Notes: generated from the sequence alone by a model not told the origin. A stretch of DNA of 64,000 nt from Eledone cirrhosa (GCA_964016885.1 OZ024740.1:361646001-361710000); one strand, 5' to 3'; positions 29,441 to 44,288 are shown, numbered from the stretch's first letter. Translations and numbers: made by a program.

Positions 29441-29445
<5 letters not shown>
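29005..29445 (+). mobile_element. Family B retrozyme-like monomer (~425 bp) in (TA)n
   Basis: Begins and ends with the same tccgttt motif (29013, 29437). Non-coding, carries one hammerhead, and is homologous to 7908-8478 and 38607-39260. Confidence 0.85.
29132..29174 (+). ncRNA. Minimal type I hammerhead ribozyme
   Basis: acgttg-CTGACGA-t-agct(aata)agct-t-GAAAC-ta-GTA^cagcgt. Stem I has 6 bp and stem III is the palindrome ACTAGT. Confidence 0.88.
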
Positions 29446-29521
<76 letters not shown>

Positions 29522-29601
29522 TAATATATAAATGGGTTGTGTATCTTACCTACTGTGGTTACCTCCGATTGAACCCGGAATAAACTTTGTATATATAAAT
29601 G

Positions 29602-29672
<71 letters not shown>

Positions 29673-29696
29673 GTATTACAAGGACAATAAGAGTAC

Positions 29697-29774
<78 letters not shown>

Positions 29775-30449
29775 TATATATATATATGTATTACAAGTAC
29801 AATATAATGGATATACGAATATACGAATATAGCATGGAATTTCTCGATCCGTCGTATTTATTTCATCTAACAGACAAAAAAATAAATAAGTAAATAAATA
29901 AAATATATAAAAATAAAAACAAGAAGAAACCTTCCATATTTTGTGCATCTTATAAATTCACACAAAATTTTTTGTTAATGAAACCCATATGTAAAACAAA
30001 AAAAAAACAAAAAAAACAACAAAAAGCAACAGTAACAAAAAATAAAAATAAACCCCGAATACTACTTTTATTAAAATAGCTCCAAAGCTTTCTTCTTCGT
30101 CAAGGTATATCTCCAAATATATTTTCAGCACTGAAAATAGGTAGGTGATAATGGAAAGCATTTTTTGTTTGTTTGCTTCTGCTTCTCTTCGAAAGCCACA
30201 TAAAAACTGACTTAACGAGTTCTTCGTTTAATATGATTACATCGTTTATTACAAGTCGAAGAATCCGGAGACATTTTTTTCAATGGTAATCTCATCATGT
30301 TATCATTATAAGTAGACAGCTATTACATATGATATATTTGTTAATGATTAATCAGTCAAACTAATCTAACAAAACTTTCAAAATATCATTAAAATGTTTC
30401 AGCACAAATAGCATCCTATAATTATAGTCTTCTTCTTCTTCTGGGGAGA

Positions 30450-30490
<41 letters not shown>

Positions 30491-30750
30491 ACAGAGCGAG
30501 AGAGAGAGAACGAAATGTCGTATTGGTAGTTTATTTTAAAGGTTCAAAGGCAAAATTGACTATAGCTGGAACGAATACCGCGAAGTATTCTAATCGGTGT
30601 TTCAATCGCTCTATCAATTCGCCATACTTTAGCGTGTATAGTGACTTCATAAATGCCCCTTGTTTTCTTATATAGTAGATATAAATAGACCAGGTATAAA
30701 GTGAATGAAAAATCCAGGAGCCACAAAATGCAATTTTATTTGTTATCATG

Positions 30751-31433
30751 TACCGAATTTTCTCATGTATACTGGTATGGTATGGTCCCGTAACTTCTGA
30801 TAGAGTCGTAGGGGTGCCGTACTGACATATGGCGTTTCTTGGGCATTTTAAGTCCGGCGGAACCCATCCCTCTCCAGGCCTGAGCACAGCAGATTTCTTC
30901 CAGAGAAAGATAAAAAAAGCGAGAAAGAGGAAATGAGAAAGGGATATAGAGGAAGAATCTACCCCAGCACTAGGCTGGCACTATTTTTTTTATCGATCTC
31001 GAAAGGATGAAAGGCAAAGTTGACCTCGGCGTGATTTGAACTCAGAGAGCAGAGAGCCGGAATGAATACTATAAGGCATTCTATCCGACGTTACATCTGC
31101 CAATTCGCCGCCATTCATGTATACTACGAAACGTTTAAAACTAAAATTAAGAGAAAAGCTATTGGGGAAGTTATATTATACAGGAGTATAATGTAAAAAT
31201 ACTAATTTCAAATGGCAGTATTTCAAATACGTATTGATAATCCTGCTTCCCTACAAAATGTTAAACCTCACGTTGTTTTACATTCTTTAGCACCTTGAGA
31301 AACTGAATATTGTAGTAAAATGTATGAGATCGAGATTTTGCTGAATAACACGTTTCGAAAAAAAAAATATATATATATTTTCAGAAACTAGGTTCGTATT
31401 ATACTCGAGTGTTTGTACACCAAGAAATACGGT
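30751..31433. mobile_element. Tc1/pogo-like MITE interrupted by a SINE
   Basis: Imperfect TIRs taccgaattttctcatgtata and tgtacaccaagaaatacggta with TA ends. Confidence 0.5.
30774..31114 (-). mobile_element. tRNA-derived SINE with TSD
   Basis: SINE head and core on the minus strand. 11-bp TSD tcatgtatact at 30763-30773 and 31115-31125. Confidence 0.85.
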
Positions 31434-31952
31434 AACTAGACCGAAGTAGTAACTCTCAAACAGATAGTGACCTTGGCATGAAAGCTTGACGAGAAGCAGT
31501 AGTTGCTGAGCAAAGGAAAAACCCAGATCCTAGGCATGTCAGCTGAGTTAATAAATAACCGCAAACATAAGAGAACTGATAAAAGAGATGTTTTTACGCG
31601 CGCATCGAAGTAAACAGTAACAATTAAGATAAATTGGACGGAATGAAGACAGGTTATGATTTGTGGAACAGTTTTCCATAAAGAAATGCTAAAATAAGTT
31701 ATAAAAGTAAATTAAAAACCCAACAAAACCGCATGCTGGAAATTTCTTGTTGCAAGAAAGACACCTGGATTTGACTCTCCTCCTACAACTACTATAGATT
31801 CATTGGAACTTAGCAGAATTTCTGAAATATCAACATTAGAAGAATGTAACTATTCATGAAAGATAAATAAAAAAGATCCGAGAAAAATTAAATACATGAA
31901 GCCTCCAATGTTACCTAGAGAGGGATATGGATATTATTATTATTATTATTAT

Positions 31953-33123
31953 TACAGTTGCATTTATTTTGCTTTATGTTCATACGAGTTATCACCAAGT
32001 CACAACCAGTGACCTCAAGAGACAACAAGGTCCGCCATGTTCAAGAAAGAACATACATACTCACACATGCATCTTTAGTGTTTAGACTTGTGATGTACTT
32101 ATATTGACAGAATCTTCCTTAGTATATGGGCAGTTCCCATTAGTACTATCTTTTGTATTTCTCCTATACGCGGGTTTCCTGGGATTTGCGATAAGTAATC
32201 ATTAGACCCCTTAGGTATCATTCCCAGAGCGCCTACAACCACTGGTATTGTTTTAGTTCTCAATTTCCACATTTTTCCAATTTCTATCTCCAGGTCCTTA
32301 TACTTGCTCAATTTTTCAAATGTTTTTATAGATACATTCTTGTCTATTGGAACAGACATATCAATTAGCAGGCATACCCTCTTTTTAAAGTCCTTCAATA
32401 TTATATCAGGTCTATTTGCATCTATTTTTCGGTCTGTTTGGATGCTAAAGTTCCACAAGATTGAGATATGATCTTTTTCAAATATGGGAGGTAGTTGATG
32501 CTACCACCAATTCTTTTGATGGGGCAGGTCAAAATGCTTACACATTATCCAATGTATGTATTGTGCAGCTCTGTCGTGCCTGTTTAGGTATTCGGTTGGA
32601 GCTATAGGACTGCACATTGAAATTATATGGTCAATGGTCTCTGGTTGTTTTTTTGCATACACGGCATATTGGGCTGCATCCATTTTTTATTATGTTGGCT
32701 TGGTAATTTTTTGTTGGCAGACACTGATCTTGTGCTGATATAATCAGTCCTTCAGTCTCCGATTTCAGTCCAGAGGATGCCAACCACTGATGGGTTAAAG
32801 TTTTGTCAACATCAGGATTGTTAGCTCGCTCTGGGTATTTTCCATACAGAGGCTTTTCTTGCCATTTCTTAGCCAGTTTCTGTAGCAGTTCTTTCTTTGC
32901 AGTTACTTTTACCTGCTTTGCTTTTTCTGTGTTTTCCATTTCAGCAGTAAATGGGACTTCTGAAATTTGTAGTCCATTACTGTATCATTGTGCATCTTTT
33001 GTAATGGAATATGATCTTTTGATGCTTTCGTGTTTCAAAACGAGTTTGATCATCCAATCATGTGATTCCCTTAGATATCTAGATAATCCAATTGTTGCAG
33101 TTTTCAACGCAATGTCTAACTGG
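31953..33123 (-). mobile_element. R4/Dong-clade non-LTR retrotransposon 3' fragment ending at (TAA)n
   Basis: PLYGKY..WLASSGLKSETEGLIISAQDQCL, CRVC..ETIDHIISMC..YLNRHDR, NRPDIILKD..CLLIDMSVP..EKLSKYKDL..PVVVGALG. The 3' UTR abuts (ATT)n at 31932-31952. Confidence 0.9.
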
Positions 33124-33142
33124 ATGATGATGATGATGATGA

Positions 33143-33236
<94 letters not shown>

Positions 33237-33320
33237 GGTGGTGGTGGTTCTTCTTCTTCTTCTTCTTCTTCTTCTTCTTCTTCTTCTTCTTCTTCTTCTT
33301 CTTCTTCTTCTTCTTCTTCT
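33123..33320. repeat. Compound trinucleotide tract (GAT)n(GAC)n(GAT)n(GGT)n(CTT)n
   Basis: Direct inspection. The (CTT)n part is the tail of the adjacent RTE. Confidence 0.95.
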
Positions 33321-34680
33321 CATGGAGGCAGAGTCATCAAACACTTCTTCCAGCGGGTCCTGTCAGAAGAAACCATCTCCAACTGATCTGATTGGATTCC
33401 CAAGCGAGTTCAAACGAGCTCATTGATGTTATCCAAACATCTTGAGGGTGGACTATCTTAAAGTTTCCTGCCGGCTAGTTTTGCCCGTAAAATATGTCCA
33501 ACCATTTTTTGTGATCTCTCGATTCGGAGAAGTAGCGATATTATCCGAAGCGACTCCCAGATCTCCGGGCTACGCATCCTTCGGAGGAATTTCATTTCGG
33601 CAGCTTGTAATTCCGATTATTCTTTCGGTCATTACCCAAGATTCAAGACCATATATAAGAGTAGGTACGAATACTGAAGTGAAGATAGTGAGTTTGGCTA
33701 TTACAGCTACCCCTGTCTTCTGATGACCAAGTGCTAAAGATGGTGCATTACAGTACAAGCTCCTGCAATTCTTGTACTTCATTCAGTTTCCTGCCTTCCA
33801 TCACTCGTGAACACGAATCTGAATTTATCCACCTACTTCAGCACTGATTGTCATTCCTGTCACGCTGCACTCGGTAGCAAACATATCAAGTGCATGCCGG
33901 AAATCACCTTTTGACGATTTAAGTAATACCCTGTCGTCTGCAAATTCTAGCCGAGTGATCCCACACCCACTGGTTTTGATACCATTTCCAACCCAACTGC
34001 GCATCTCAATCCTGTTCATGAATATTGCGAACAGAAAAGGTGACAGTAGGCATCCTTGGCGGAGTCCGACACTCACATTGAATGGTTTCGATTAAGCACC
34101 ATTTATCCGAACACAAATACTAGGGCATTCCTATAAGTACTTCAAGTCAACAAGAAGCTGTTCATCGATCCCATGCACTGCAGAACCTTGCAAAATAGAT
34201 GCCGAATGAAAATTTGGTCGACTGTACTGCACGCAGGTCGAAACCACACTGTTCGTCAGCTACCTTGGACTCGAGAATATCTCTTTGTCAGGTACTTCGC
34301 ATAAAATTTACTGTGGAGGCTTAACAAGAAAATTCATCTATAATTAGAGAAATATCTCTTGTTTCCCGTTTTGAAAATTTGGCTTATCACCCCCGATTGT
34401 CATTACTTGTTCAGCGATCCTGGACACTCGACACACACAAATCTGCCAAATAATACCTTCTCTATTTAATGCTTTTTACATCTCGGCCTGAATTTCATCC
34501 TCCCACATTTGTGTTCTTTAATTACTCTAATTACTTTAATTACTTCGCTTCTCGATGCACTGCATGTTCCTTAGAATATGTGATCAGATTTAGGAGTTTA
34601 GAGAAGTATTCTTTCCACCTCGTGATGATACCTCCCTCCTCAGAGTGTTTCTTATAGAAGGCCTGGAGGGGGACTTTTTA
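33249..34680 (-). mobile_element. Decayed RTE LINE (RT and 3' end, (GAA)n tail)
   Basis: IITRWKEYFSKLLN, VGLRQGCLLSPFLFAIFMN, LEFADD, AKLTIFTSVFVPTLIYGLESWVMT. Same family as 2630-2915 and 27140-28085. Confidence 0.85.
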
Positions 34681-34927
34681 TTACGAAGTGGGCGGATGGT
34701 CTGCCAGAGCACTTTATTTGCGGACCTATATATGCGTGTGTGTATGTGAAACCCGAAGGCTCATTTGGCCGGTGCTTATGGCGTGAAGCGACTGAGAGTA
34801 CAATACTCCCCACTGAACAGGACGCCAGCTGAAGAACCCCAGCTCAAGAACACAACATGCAACCAAGGATAGAACCCACGACATTATGATCGTAAGTCCA
34901 ACACCCTTACCACTAGGCAACATGCCT

Positions 34928-35032
<105 letters not shown>

Positions 35033-35802
35033 AGTTGTTATTGTTGTGACAGACACAATTTAATGAAGAAGAATTGTATCAATGACCAGGAGGTGGTTGG
35101 CACATGATGGAATGCCTTGAAACTTAATAATATTATAATATAAAACAAAAAGAAATATAACGGTATGTAAGTATTTGAAATGGATGTGATGAGTCTACCA
35201 CCTTATTACTTGTTTTTATTCAACAAACAATCTCAGATCATGTCACTTGTAAAACTCGGAAATATGTTGTTACTGTTGATGTTTAAATCTACGTAGCATT
35301 GGATAGATTGAAATTCTTAGAAAATGTAGACATTTCAAATGCAGAAAATAACTAATCACAGTCGATTCCTGTAAATAATACCTTAGAAAATAGTGTAAAA
35401 TACCTTTATAAACGGAAAAAGTGGCCATCAGCAGCTACAAAGAATAGAACTCCGTACCTCTCTAAGAATTTTTATCCACTCGACGCTCTAATAATATATT
35501 TTCAAAATGTTGATTACATCCATGCTGTTCGTGTAGCTTTTTTATTTAGACATAATATGTTATCAGGAGCCGTTTAGCCCAATGGTTAAGAGCGCTCATC
35601 CGGAATTTGAGAGGTACAAAGTTTGGTACTTTGTAACAGTTGCTGACCACTTTCCCCCCGTCTATAGGGATATTTAACCCAATTTTGAAAGCTATTATTT
35701 ATAGTGATGGGCTGTGGTTACAGCTATTTTTTTTCCTGCATTTCAGATTTCTACATTTTCTAAGAATTGCTATCTTCTCAACGTTCCGATAGTTAATTTT
35801 CG

Positions 35803-35886
<84 letters not shown>

Positions 35887-36027
35887 TTCATAACCCTGTG
35901 AGCAAGCAGGTGACACTCTAAAGTAACAAGATTCACTAATTAGGTTTAATAAAATTGATATTTATACTCAACTTCAGTATTGAGTACTCTTTTCTCTCGC
36001 CCGTCAACTATATACGGATATATATAC

Positions 36028-36085
<58 letters not shown>

Positions 36086-36089
36086 ATAT

Positions 36090-36989
36090 TTAAAATATAT
36101 AAATAAAGGCTCTTGCCATCCTCCTATAGTTTTTAAAATTATTATCCCCAATATTAGCCGTAGGATCTCCACCCTCTCTTCCTCAGAAGCTATTTTCAAT
36201 AAGGCATCCCCCTACTAAAATAAAGCCCTTCAAAATAGCGGATTTAGCGAACCGATTAAGTACAGACCCAACAATACTAACTCCTTTAAACATAATAAGA
36301 AAAGAAAAATAATCTGGTTAACACCCCCCTACTCTTTAGCAGTTAACACTAATGTAGGCAAAACGTTCCTAGAGCTCTTAGATAAACATTTCCCTAGAAC
36401 ACATAGATACTATAAGATCTTCAATAGAAACTGTGTCAAAATCAGCTACTCCTGCGGTCCCCCTATTAAATCTTATATCCTCAACAAGAAAATACCCAGA
36501 GAACATCAAAATTGCTTCTGTAGAGTCAAAAGTGAATGCCCATTACAAGGTAAATGCAACACCAAAGCCATTGTATATGCGGCTAAAGTGACAACCACCA
36601 GCAACAACCTACCAGCCACCAGCGAGCGATATGTGGGTATGACACAAGACAAATTCAAAACGCGTTATTACTCACATGTCGCATCTTTCCGACATCCTGA
36701 AAAAAGATTCACAACAGCTCTGGCTAGCAGAATATGGGATTTGAAAGACCAAGGTATCCAATATAAATTAGATTGGTCAACTTTGAACCAATCTAAAGAA
36801 TATGCAAGAGGAACAAGAAGATGCGCACTCTGCATAAGTGAAAAATATTGGATTTTACAGAACCTTAAATCACCAAAAACCTGCCTAAATTCAAAAACAG
36901 AAATTTTCACCAGTTGCCCACACATGAAATCACACTTGCTTTCCAGTTCATATAAACTTAACTCACTTTCAGATACTTATCCTCCATAA
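36090..36989 (+). pseudogene. Penelope-like polyprotein C-terminus (RT thumb, CxCx5C linker, GIY-YIG endonuclease)
   Basis: One frame with a single internal TAA: YINKGSCHPP..ISRRISTLSS..RKIIWLTPPYS..VNTNVGKTFLELLDKHFP..KIFNRNCVKISYSC..CFCRVKSECPLQGKC..AIVY..YVGMT..FKTRYYSH..CALCISEK. Confidence 0.88.
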
Positions 36990-37424
36990 ACTCTTGTTCT
37001 TCACTTTCCTTAACTTACCTCCTTTACAGACTTCTCTTTCTGATTTACTTTTATTTTTATTTTTAACTTTATTTTTACTTCACATCCACCAGTGGCCCCC
37101 CCCCCTGCTTTTTAATTCACTTACTTTATATCTTCACAATTTTACATATTTTACTTCCCCCTTTTCTTTCACTACCTGATATCACTTGCACTTGCGTTTT
37201 CAACTCCAGATATATTCTGTTGTCCCTCAGCCGCTTTTATGTATGTTTACTTGCATATAATTTCTACTCATTTATTCATACGGCTGGTTTTTATATTGTA
37301 TATTGTATGTATGCGTGTATACGTGTTTGTATAGGTATACAAATACATTCGTATGTGCGCGTGTATGTGTGTATGTGTGTTTTTATATCTATGTTTTTTA
37401 CATACTTATATATATGTGTGTGTG

Positions 37425-37509
<85 letters not shown>

Positions 37510-38270
37510 GGTCGCGTGCGTGCGTGTAATTAGATGTACATGTATGTATATATATGTGCTTCGTGTGTATGTATGCGCGCTTTTGTATGTATGTACGCAT
37601 GTATGTGCTTTTGTCTGTACGTATTTATATATATATTTTTATATATATATGTGCGTGTACGAACCTCTGTATGTTTTCTATTTTTTCTAGTCTTACTTTA
37701 TAATTGATAACCCCTCCCTCTTACTTTCTCTTTGATTTAATTTTTTTATTCTCATATATTTTTTCATTTTTTCATTTTTATATTTTATATTTTTATATAT
37801 GGATCGACCTTCAGCCTGACACTGCTTTGACTGATACTCTCCCTTCCCTGCATATATCACATGCATGTATGTGGTTGTGCGTGTGTGTGTGTTTATACGC
37901 GTATTTTCATACTTGTATATGTATATATTTCAATCCTTCGTCCTTGAGTCTGTATGTACGCTAACTCTATTATCTTACAATTTCTTTTTTCAACATATAT
38001 TATATACGTATTTGTGGTCAGACATATACTGATATGCTTGCCCTGATGTATGTACTTACGCACTCATTTTTTCACTATACACATGCATTTGTACATACAC
38101 ACATATGTACATTTGTAGGTGCATATACACACATTTATACACATACCCTTACTATATTTCCTTATTTTATTTTTATATATCTCTTGCATTACTTTTATTT
38201 ATATATTTATTTTGTCCGTTAAACTTTTGTCTTTCTTGAGGAGATTTTTCAAATATTTCACTATGTTTTA

Positions 38271-38348
38271 AATTGCCTTGTCTGACGAACGAATGAGGAC
38301 GTTTCTTGTATTCGTCTTATTCTGGAAACCTCTGGTAATGAGGTAATT
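38271..38348 (+). ncRNA. Type I hammerhead ribozyme in the Penelope-like 3' repeat
   Basis: aattgccttgt-CTGACGA-ac-gaatgaggacg..cgtcttattc-tg-GAAA-cc-tct-g-GTA^atgaggtaatt. Stem I has 11 bp including GU pairs. Confidence 0.82.
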
Positions 38349-38606
38349 ATATTGTATTATTTATTATACATTAAATTTAGCTCTGTAACTTACATAGATC
38401 ACTCTTCACTCCTATGACTTTTTTCAATTTTCAACGGAAACTTCAATACTTATATATATATACAGATATATAGAAGTTATTCCGGGTTGAATCGGAGGTA
38501 ACCACAGTAGGTAAGGTACTCAATACATAGCAGAGTATAAAAGTTTTAATATAGATGAGCTTCTACGAGTCTGTAGAAACTCTTCTATATTAATATATAT
38601 ATAATT

Positions 38607-39260
38607 CGTAATTCGGGCTGTTTGTTTACAAACAAACCGAATATTATAATAAATGTTCGGTAAACCCATACGTACATATATATATGTATGCATGTATGTA
38701 TAAATATACATACTGCTGTACGTATGTATACATATATGTATGTACGTATACATACATACATACTTACATTTAAGTAAGTGCCGTACTAAGAGTGAGAAAT
38801 GAAATTTCGTTTCATTCTTTTCCATTTATCGTTTTCGGTGCGCCCGGCCGACTAACTCACTCGATATGCAAATTAGGCTGCTCAGCCGTTAATATGCATA
38901 AGGAAAGTATATCATTTCAGACGTTCAATCATCTGGCAGAAAGGTATACGATTCTGATGATAGCTAATAAGCTTGAAACTAGTACATCGTTCCTGTGTCA
39001 GTGTTGAACAAAAAGGCGACGATGGTTGCCTGAACACTGTACGGCGTAATTCGGGCTGTTTGTTTACAAACACACTGAGCATTATAATAAATGTTCGGTA
39101 AACCCATACATACATATATATATGTGTGCATGTATGTATATATATACATACTACTGTACGTCTGTATACATATATGTATGTAGGTATACATACATACATA
39201 CTTACATTTAAGTATCTGTCCTAAGAGTGAGAAATGAAATTTCGTTTCATTCTTTTCCAT
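38607..39260 (+). mobile_element. Family B retrozyme-like element, ~1.5 head-to-tail units (period 438 bp)
   Basis: cgtaattcgggctgtttg occurs at 38607 and 39045. The terminus ttcattcttttccat runs straight into the unit start at ~38825 and into (TA)n at 39260. Confidence 0.85.
38948..38990 (+). ncRNA. Minimal type I hammerhead ribozyme
   Basis: acgatt-CTGATGA-tagctaataagctt-GAAAC-ta-GTA^catcgt. Stem I covaries with the 29132 copy; the innermost pair is mismatched. Confidence 0.82.
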
Positions 39261-39349
<89 letters not shown>

Positions 39350-39399
39350 ATATATATATATTTATAAATATATATATATAAATTTATATATATATATAC

Positions 39400-39514
<115 letters not shown>

Positions 39515-41605
39515 CGTGCGCGTGTGTGTGCGTGTCTGTGTATAATATATTATATACATACTGTGAAATGTCTTTTGTTTACTCAGTTCATATTTTATAT
39601 TAAAACCTACTTTATCGATCTTTGCTAAATGTTTGCTTTAAAGATGCATTGCTAATGTATTTTCAAAAACAATTATGTGTGTATGTATATGTGTATATGT
39701 ATCTGCGGGGGTGTGTGGGTGTGCGTACATACTTTGTGTTTGTATACATTAATAAAAACATACACGCGTCTACATTTAAACAAAGGCCATGGATGTATAT
39801 TCGAGATATGTTTATATTTAAAATAATTATAACCATACCATTCGTTGGCGCTGAGAAATGCGTGGAAGATACGCTTCTATTTGTCTCTGTGTGTCTCTAG
39901 AATAATAGCATAGCTTTTCGTCGAATCAGAACTAGTGAAATATTTATTTATGCTGAAGATAATGAATAGTATTCTTATTTTCTAATTTATTTTACAGAAG
40001 CTCTATGAGAAAAGTTTTCCCTATATCACATCATACATATATTTATACATGTTGTGAAATTACAATAATTAAACCCACGTACATATACATGGAAATGTAC
40101 ATATACATGGAAATGTACATATACACACCAAGTTATTCTAGTAACGTTATCTCTCTCTCTTTCTTTCTCTCTTACTCTCTGTCTCTCACTGCTTGTCACT
40201 CATAGATGTTGCCAAAATAAGCATACATACACTTCAGTTTCAACTGCATTTAGTATATCTACTGTTTGCAGACAGTGAATATACCCACATATCTAACATT
40301 TGAGCACACTTCTCCCGACAGACACCTTTAAGACCATATATTTGTATATACAAACACCAACAAAAACTACGAGAGGTAAAAGTAAAAATGGAACCAAAAA
40401 CATTTAGAATATAAATATATAAACTAAATATACATAAATCTCCGATATTTATTTTCACTATTATTATTTTTGTATAACTTTGGCAACAATTGAAAACTAA
40501 GACTTATATAACCGGAACTTGACAAGAAAAAAAAACAACAAAAAAAAACAACAAAAAAAAACAACAAAAAAAAACAAAAAAAACAACAAAAACAAACAAA
40601 AAAAACACACGAAAAACTCCCATAACCGTGCACAATGATTGGAACAGAATTGAAAGGTACCTTAAGTGAGCTAGGAAAACGCACCTCTGGCCCTTGATAG
40701 GGAATCATCTGTAATCAGCCGTCACCTTAGCTAAGCTGCAAAACCACGTCTGTGATCACGCACCTCTGGCCCTCGATAGGGAGTAGTCTGTAGTCAGAAC
40801 ATAAACACCCCAAACCTTTTTGTTTGAGGCTCTATGAATCCTAACAATCCCCTGCCCCTAAATTCCTGCTAAACAATAAATAAATCTTTGATGCATAAGC
40901 GATTCATCTTTAGATAAAATTCATGATGTCATTCCTTTAACTACCAAATCGTCTGAAACCATCGCTGGTTCTATGATAAAAAGCTGTAGATTTCTAAGTC
41001 TTTATATTTATCTAAAAACCCCTCATCATTAATTTATGTAAGAACCTTTTTTAAGTTATGTTCTTGATAATGAGACAGTTAATTATGTGATTAAATCCCT
41101 AAAAACTAAAATATTTTCAAAACTATTTGAAAACCATAGGTAGTGTCTTTCATTGGAAATATAGTAAATTCATATAAATAGCGCGATGAAACGTGTGTAT
41201 GGTGGACTCCCGTCGGTTCTGAATGTCAAGTGTTCCAGTTGTTCGAACAACGGAACTGCTTGCTCGCAAAAATAACAAGTGGCCGAGTGTTCCACAAACA
41301 CGTACAGTGTGTGAAAAGGCTGGCGCTCTGAATTATAGATACAATTTATTTCCCTCAACTCATTGGACTGAAGCACCTGAAAATGCGTAAAGTTTCTCGG
41401 TCAAGGACAAAAAAAGCGCCACCGGGAATGGAACATGTGACGTTTCAATCGTGAGAAAAACACGCTAACTGCTAAGCCAAATGGCATCACTGTTGAAATA
41501 AGCTGCTTAGACATTTTAGCGTGAATTAGTGTGAATATCCTGACAATTAGTATGAATATCTGACGACAAATTATAATCGCCATCGTCCATCACCTATTAT
41601 CCTAT

Positions 41606-41786
41606 ATTAGGTCTTAAATGTTAACATTAAGTCTTAAATGTTAACGTTAGGTCTTAAATAATAACATTAGGTCTTAAGTGTTAACATTAAGTCTTAAATG
41701 TTAACATTAGGTCTTAAATGATAACGTTAAGTCTTAAATGTTAACATAGGTCTTAAATGTTAACGTTATGGCATAAATGTTAACAT
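41606..41786. repeat. 20-bp minisatellite, ~9 copies
   Basis: Unit attaggtcttaaatgttaac. Confidence 0.9.
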
Positions 41787-42587
41787 TCATTTTTTACCAC
41801 ACAACTGAGAGGGTAATAATTGTGCTTGTTGGTTGACAGATTCCAAACTTAATGCCATTACATTATGTCCAACATCCCATATAAAACCACGTGTTGACGC
41901 AGCATGGCTAAATGTTAAGAAGTTTCCTTTAGGTCCCCGTTTTGATTCCACTACGTAGCATCGTGAGCAAATATAATTTAGCATAACCTCGGCTCGAACA
42001 ATGCCTTCTGACTAAAATTGGATAGATCGAAACTATTTGGAAGCCTCTCGGGTGGAATGTGCCTATAGTTGGGATGGTCAGCCTTATAACACACTATATT
42101 ACGCTGAATCACCTTGAAAATTACATTAAGGATACACGTGTCTGTGGGATACTCAGATACATGCACGTTAATTTTATGAGCAGGCTGTTTAGTTAATTGA
42201 ATAAACAACTGGAACACTCCTCCTCGAAACCGACTGAGGTTCATCTCGTAGATGTCGGTAAATAAGATGGCATCTTTGTTACGGATGGAATTGGAGCAGT
42301 ATTTTGTATTTGTTTAACACAAAAAAGAATGCTGGCATTCCTCCTTACACCAGCGAAGACTTGTCAAAGAGATTAATGGCCTATACTATCTCGTACAACG
42401 TTAACCTGAGCATGAGCTAAATGTAAAATAGGTGTTGATGCATTCATACAGACATATTCATATGCAGGCATATACATACATAAATATACACACTACATAT
42501 GCTTATATGCATACACAGACGCACACACACACATATATATATATATATACATACAGATATATATGCACACACACGCATACATACATT

Positions 42588-42681
<94 letters not shown>

Positions 42682-42751
42682 TATATATACATACATATAT
42701 ATATATATATATAAATGTATGTATGCGTGTGTGTGCATATATATCTGTATG

Positions 42752-42804
<53 letters not shown>

Positions 42805-43661
42805 GGGTGTTATAAAAGTACATTTCTTAAACCATTTAATAACTTTACAAATGTTTCAATACAATTTATTCAAATATTTATTTTATTTCAATTTAATTAT
42901 AGAGTAAAATTATTGAATATAACTTTGCCTTTCATCCTTATGGGGGTCGATAAAATAAAGTACCAGTGATGCACTGGGGTAATCGCTGGCCTTGCGCCAA
43001 AAGTAGAAACAATCATTAAATATTGTACATTTTCAGAAGCTCTTACGATTAACACCCCATGTGTATATTTACCATATGCACCCCCCACCACCACACACAC
43101 GGGTATTTTTTCAGGTTCTAATAATTCACGGACTACGTATAAGTAAATTTGTTAGGAAAACATACAATGCGGGATTAGAAAAAGATATTATTTAATCATA
43201 CATATTTACACATGTTTCTTTATCAAGTTACATAACTAATCACGCCTTGTATGTTATTCCTAACACATTTACTTACTTATATATATATATATATGCAGAA
43301 CAAAATACCTGTTGATAACGTGATATTCCTCGTTCGATCATTATACCAAAAGCTTATTGTTTTAAGCAGACAGTATTATTGATTTAGGTGTCGCAGAAAC
43401 CATGTACTGGATTATACCAACAATTCCAAAGGTCCGGGTGAATATGCCATTTATTTTGTCTGACCCGTTTAGCTTGACTCGTTTTTTGGCTTAGATGGTT
43501 AATGGCTTCTTGACCGCCTTCTCAGTTTGTATGGCCTTTATAACTTATGTTTATTGCTCTGGTCTTTTTAACCCATGGAGCGCTTGCCAGCATGACTCGG
43601 AATTTGCGTTGTTTCGCTTTTTCTACCCCCGCCGAAATGCGATTCTCACTGAATTTATATT

Positions 43662-43738
<77 letters not shown>

Positions 43739-43740
<2 letters not shown>

Positions 43741-44133
43741 GATAACAAGTTATCGTTTTAGGTAATCCGGTAAGAGGTTGTGAGTACTCTGTATAGTGGA
43801 TAGTTTTAACGTACGGGGTTGTTTAACTCAACAAGAGGTTTCCATAGTTAGGTAGCGAGTTCGCAAGAATTCCCATGCAGGTTATTCTTGGAGTAATAGT
43901 AGTGAAAGAGTGAAGAATAACATGGTCGGCTGTACAAAAAGGGTTTTATTTATAGTATTAACAATAGTATTCCGATGATTTGATCAGAGACACACACTGT
44001 ATTTAAAGTCGAGTGACGCAATTTCGAGTGATTAATGGCCTTTAGACTTACCTGATCAATGAAACAATTGTTAATACTATAAATAAAACCCTTTTTGTAC
44101 AGCCGACCATGGTATTATTCACTCTTTCACTAT
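43739..44133. mobile_element. Penelope-like inverted pLTR fragment in (TA)n
   Basis: Arms ~43903-43965 and ~44068-44133 are inverted and enclose a hammerhead. A long tail spans 43739-43903. Confidence 0.7.
43964..44080 (+). ncRNA. Type I hammerhead ribozyme with long stem II; core U4->C substitution
   Basis: atagtatt-CCGATGA-t-ttgatcag...ctgatcaa-t-GAAAC-aatt-GTT^aatactat. Stem I is a perfect 8 bp and stem III is the palindrome ACAATTGT. Confidence 0.75.
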
Positions 44134-44209
44134 ATATATTATAAAAGTTATAAAAAATAATAAAAAATAAAGAGGGTGTTTAACTCCAACACACTCTAGT
44201 ATTTTAATT

Positions 44210-44288
<79 letters not shown>

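Larger units (their letters stand above)
36090..38452 (+). mobile_element. 5'-truncated Penelope-like element (Naiad-like) inserted in (TA)n
   Basis: RT thumb, linker and GIY-YIG reading frame, a long microsatellite-rich 3' region, a hammerhead at 38271-38348 and a ~100-bp tail to (TA)n. Confidence 0.85.
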
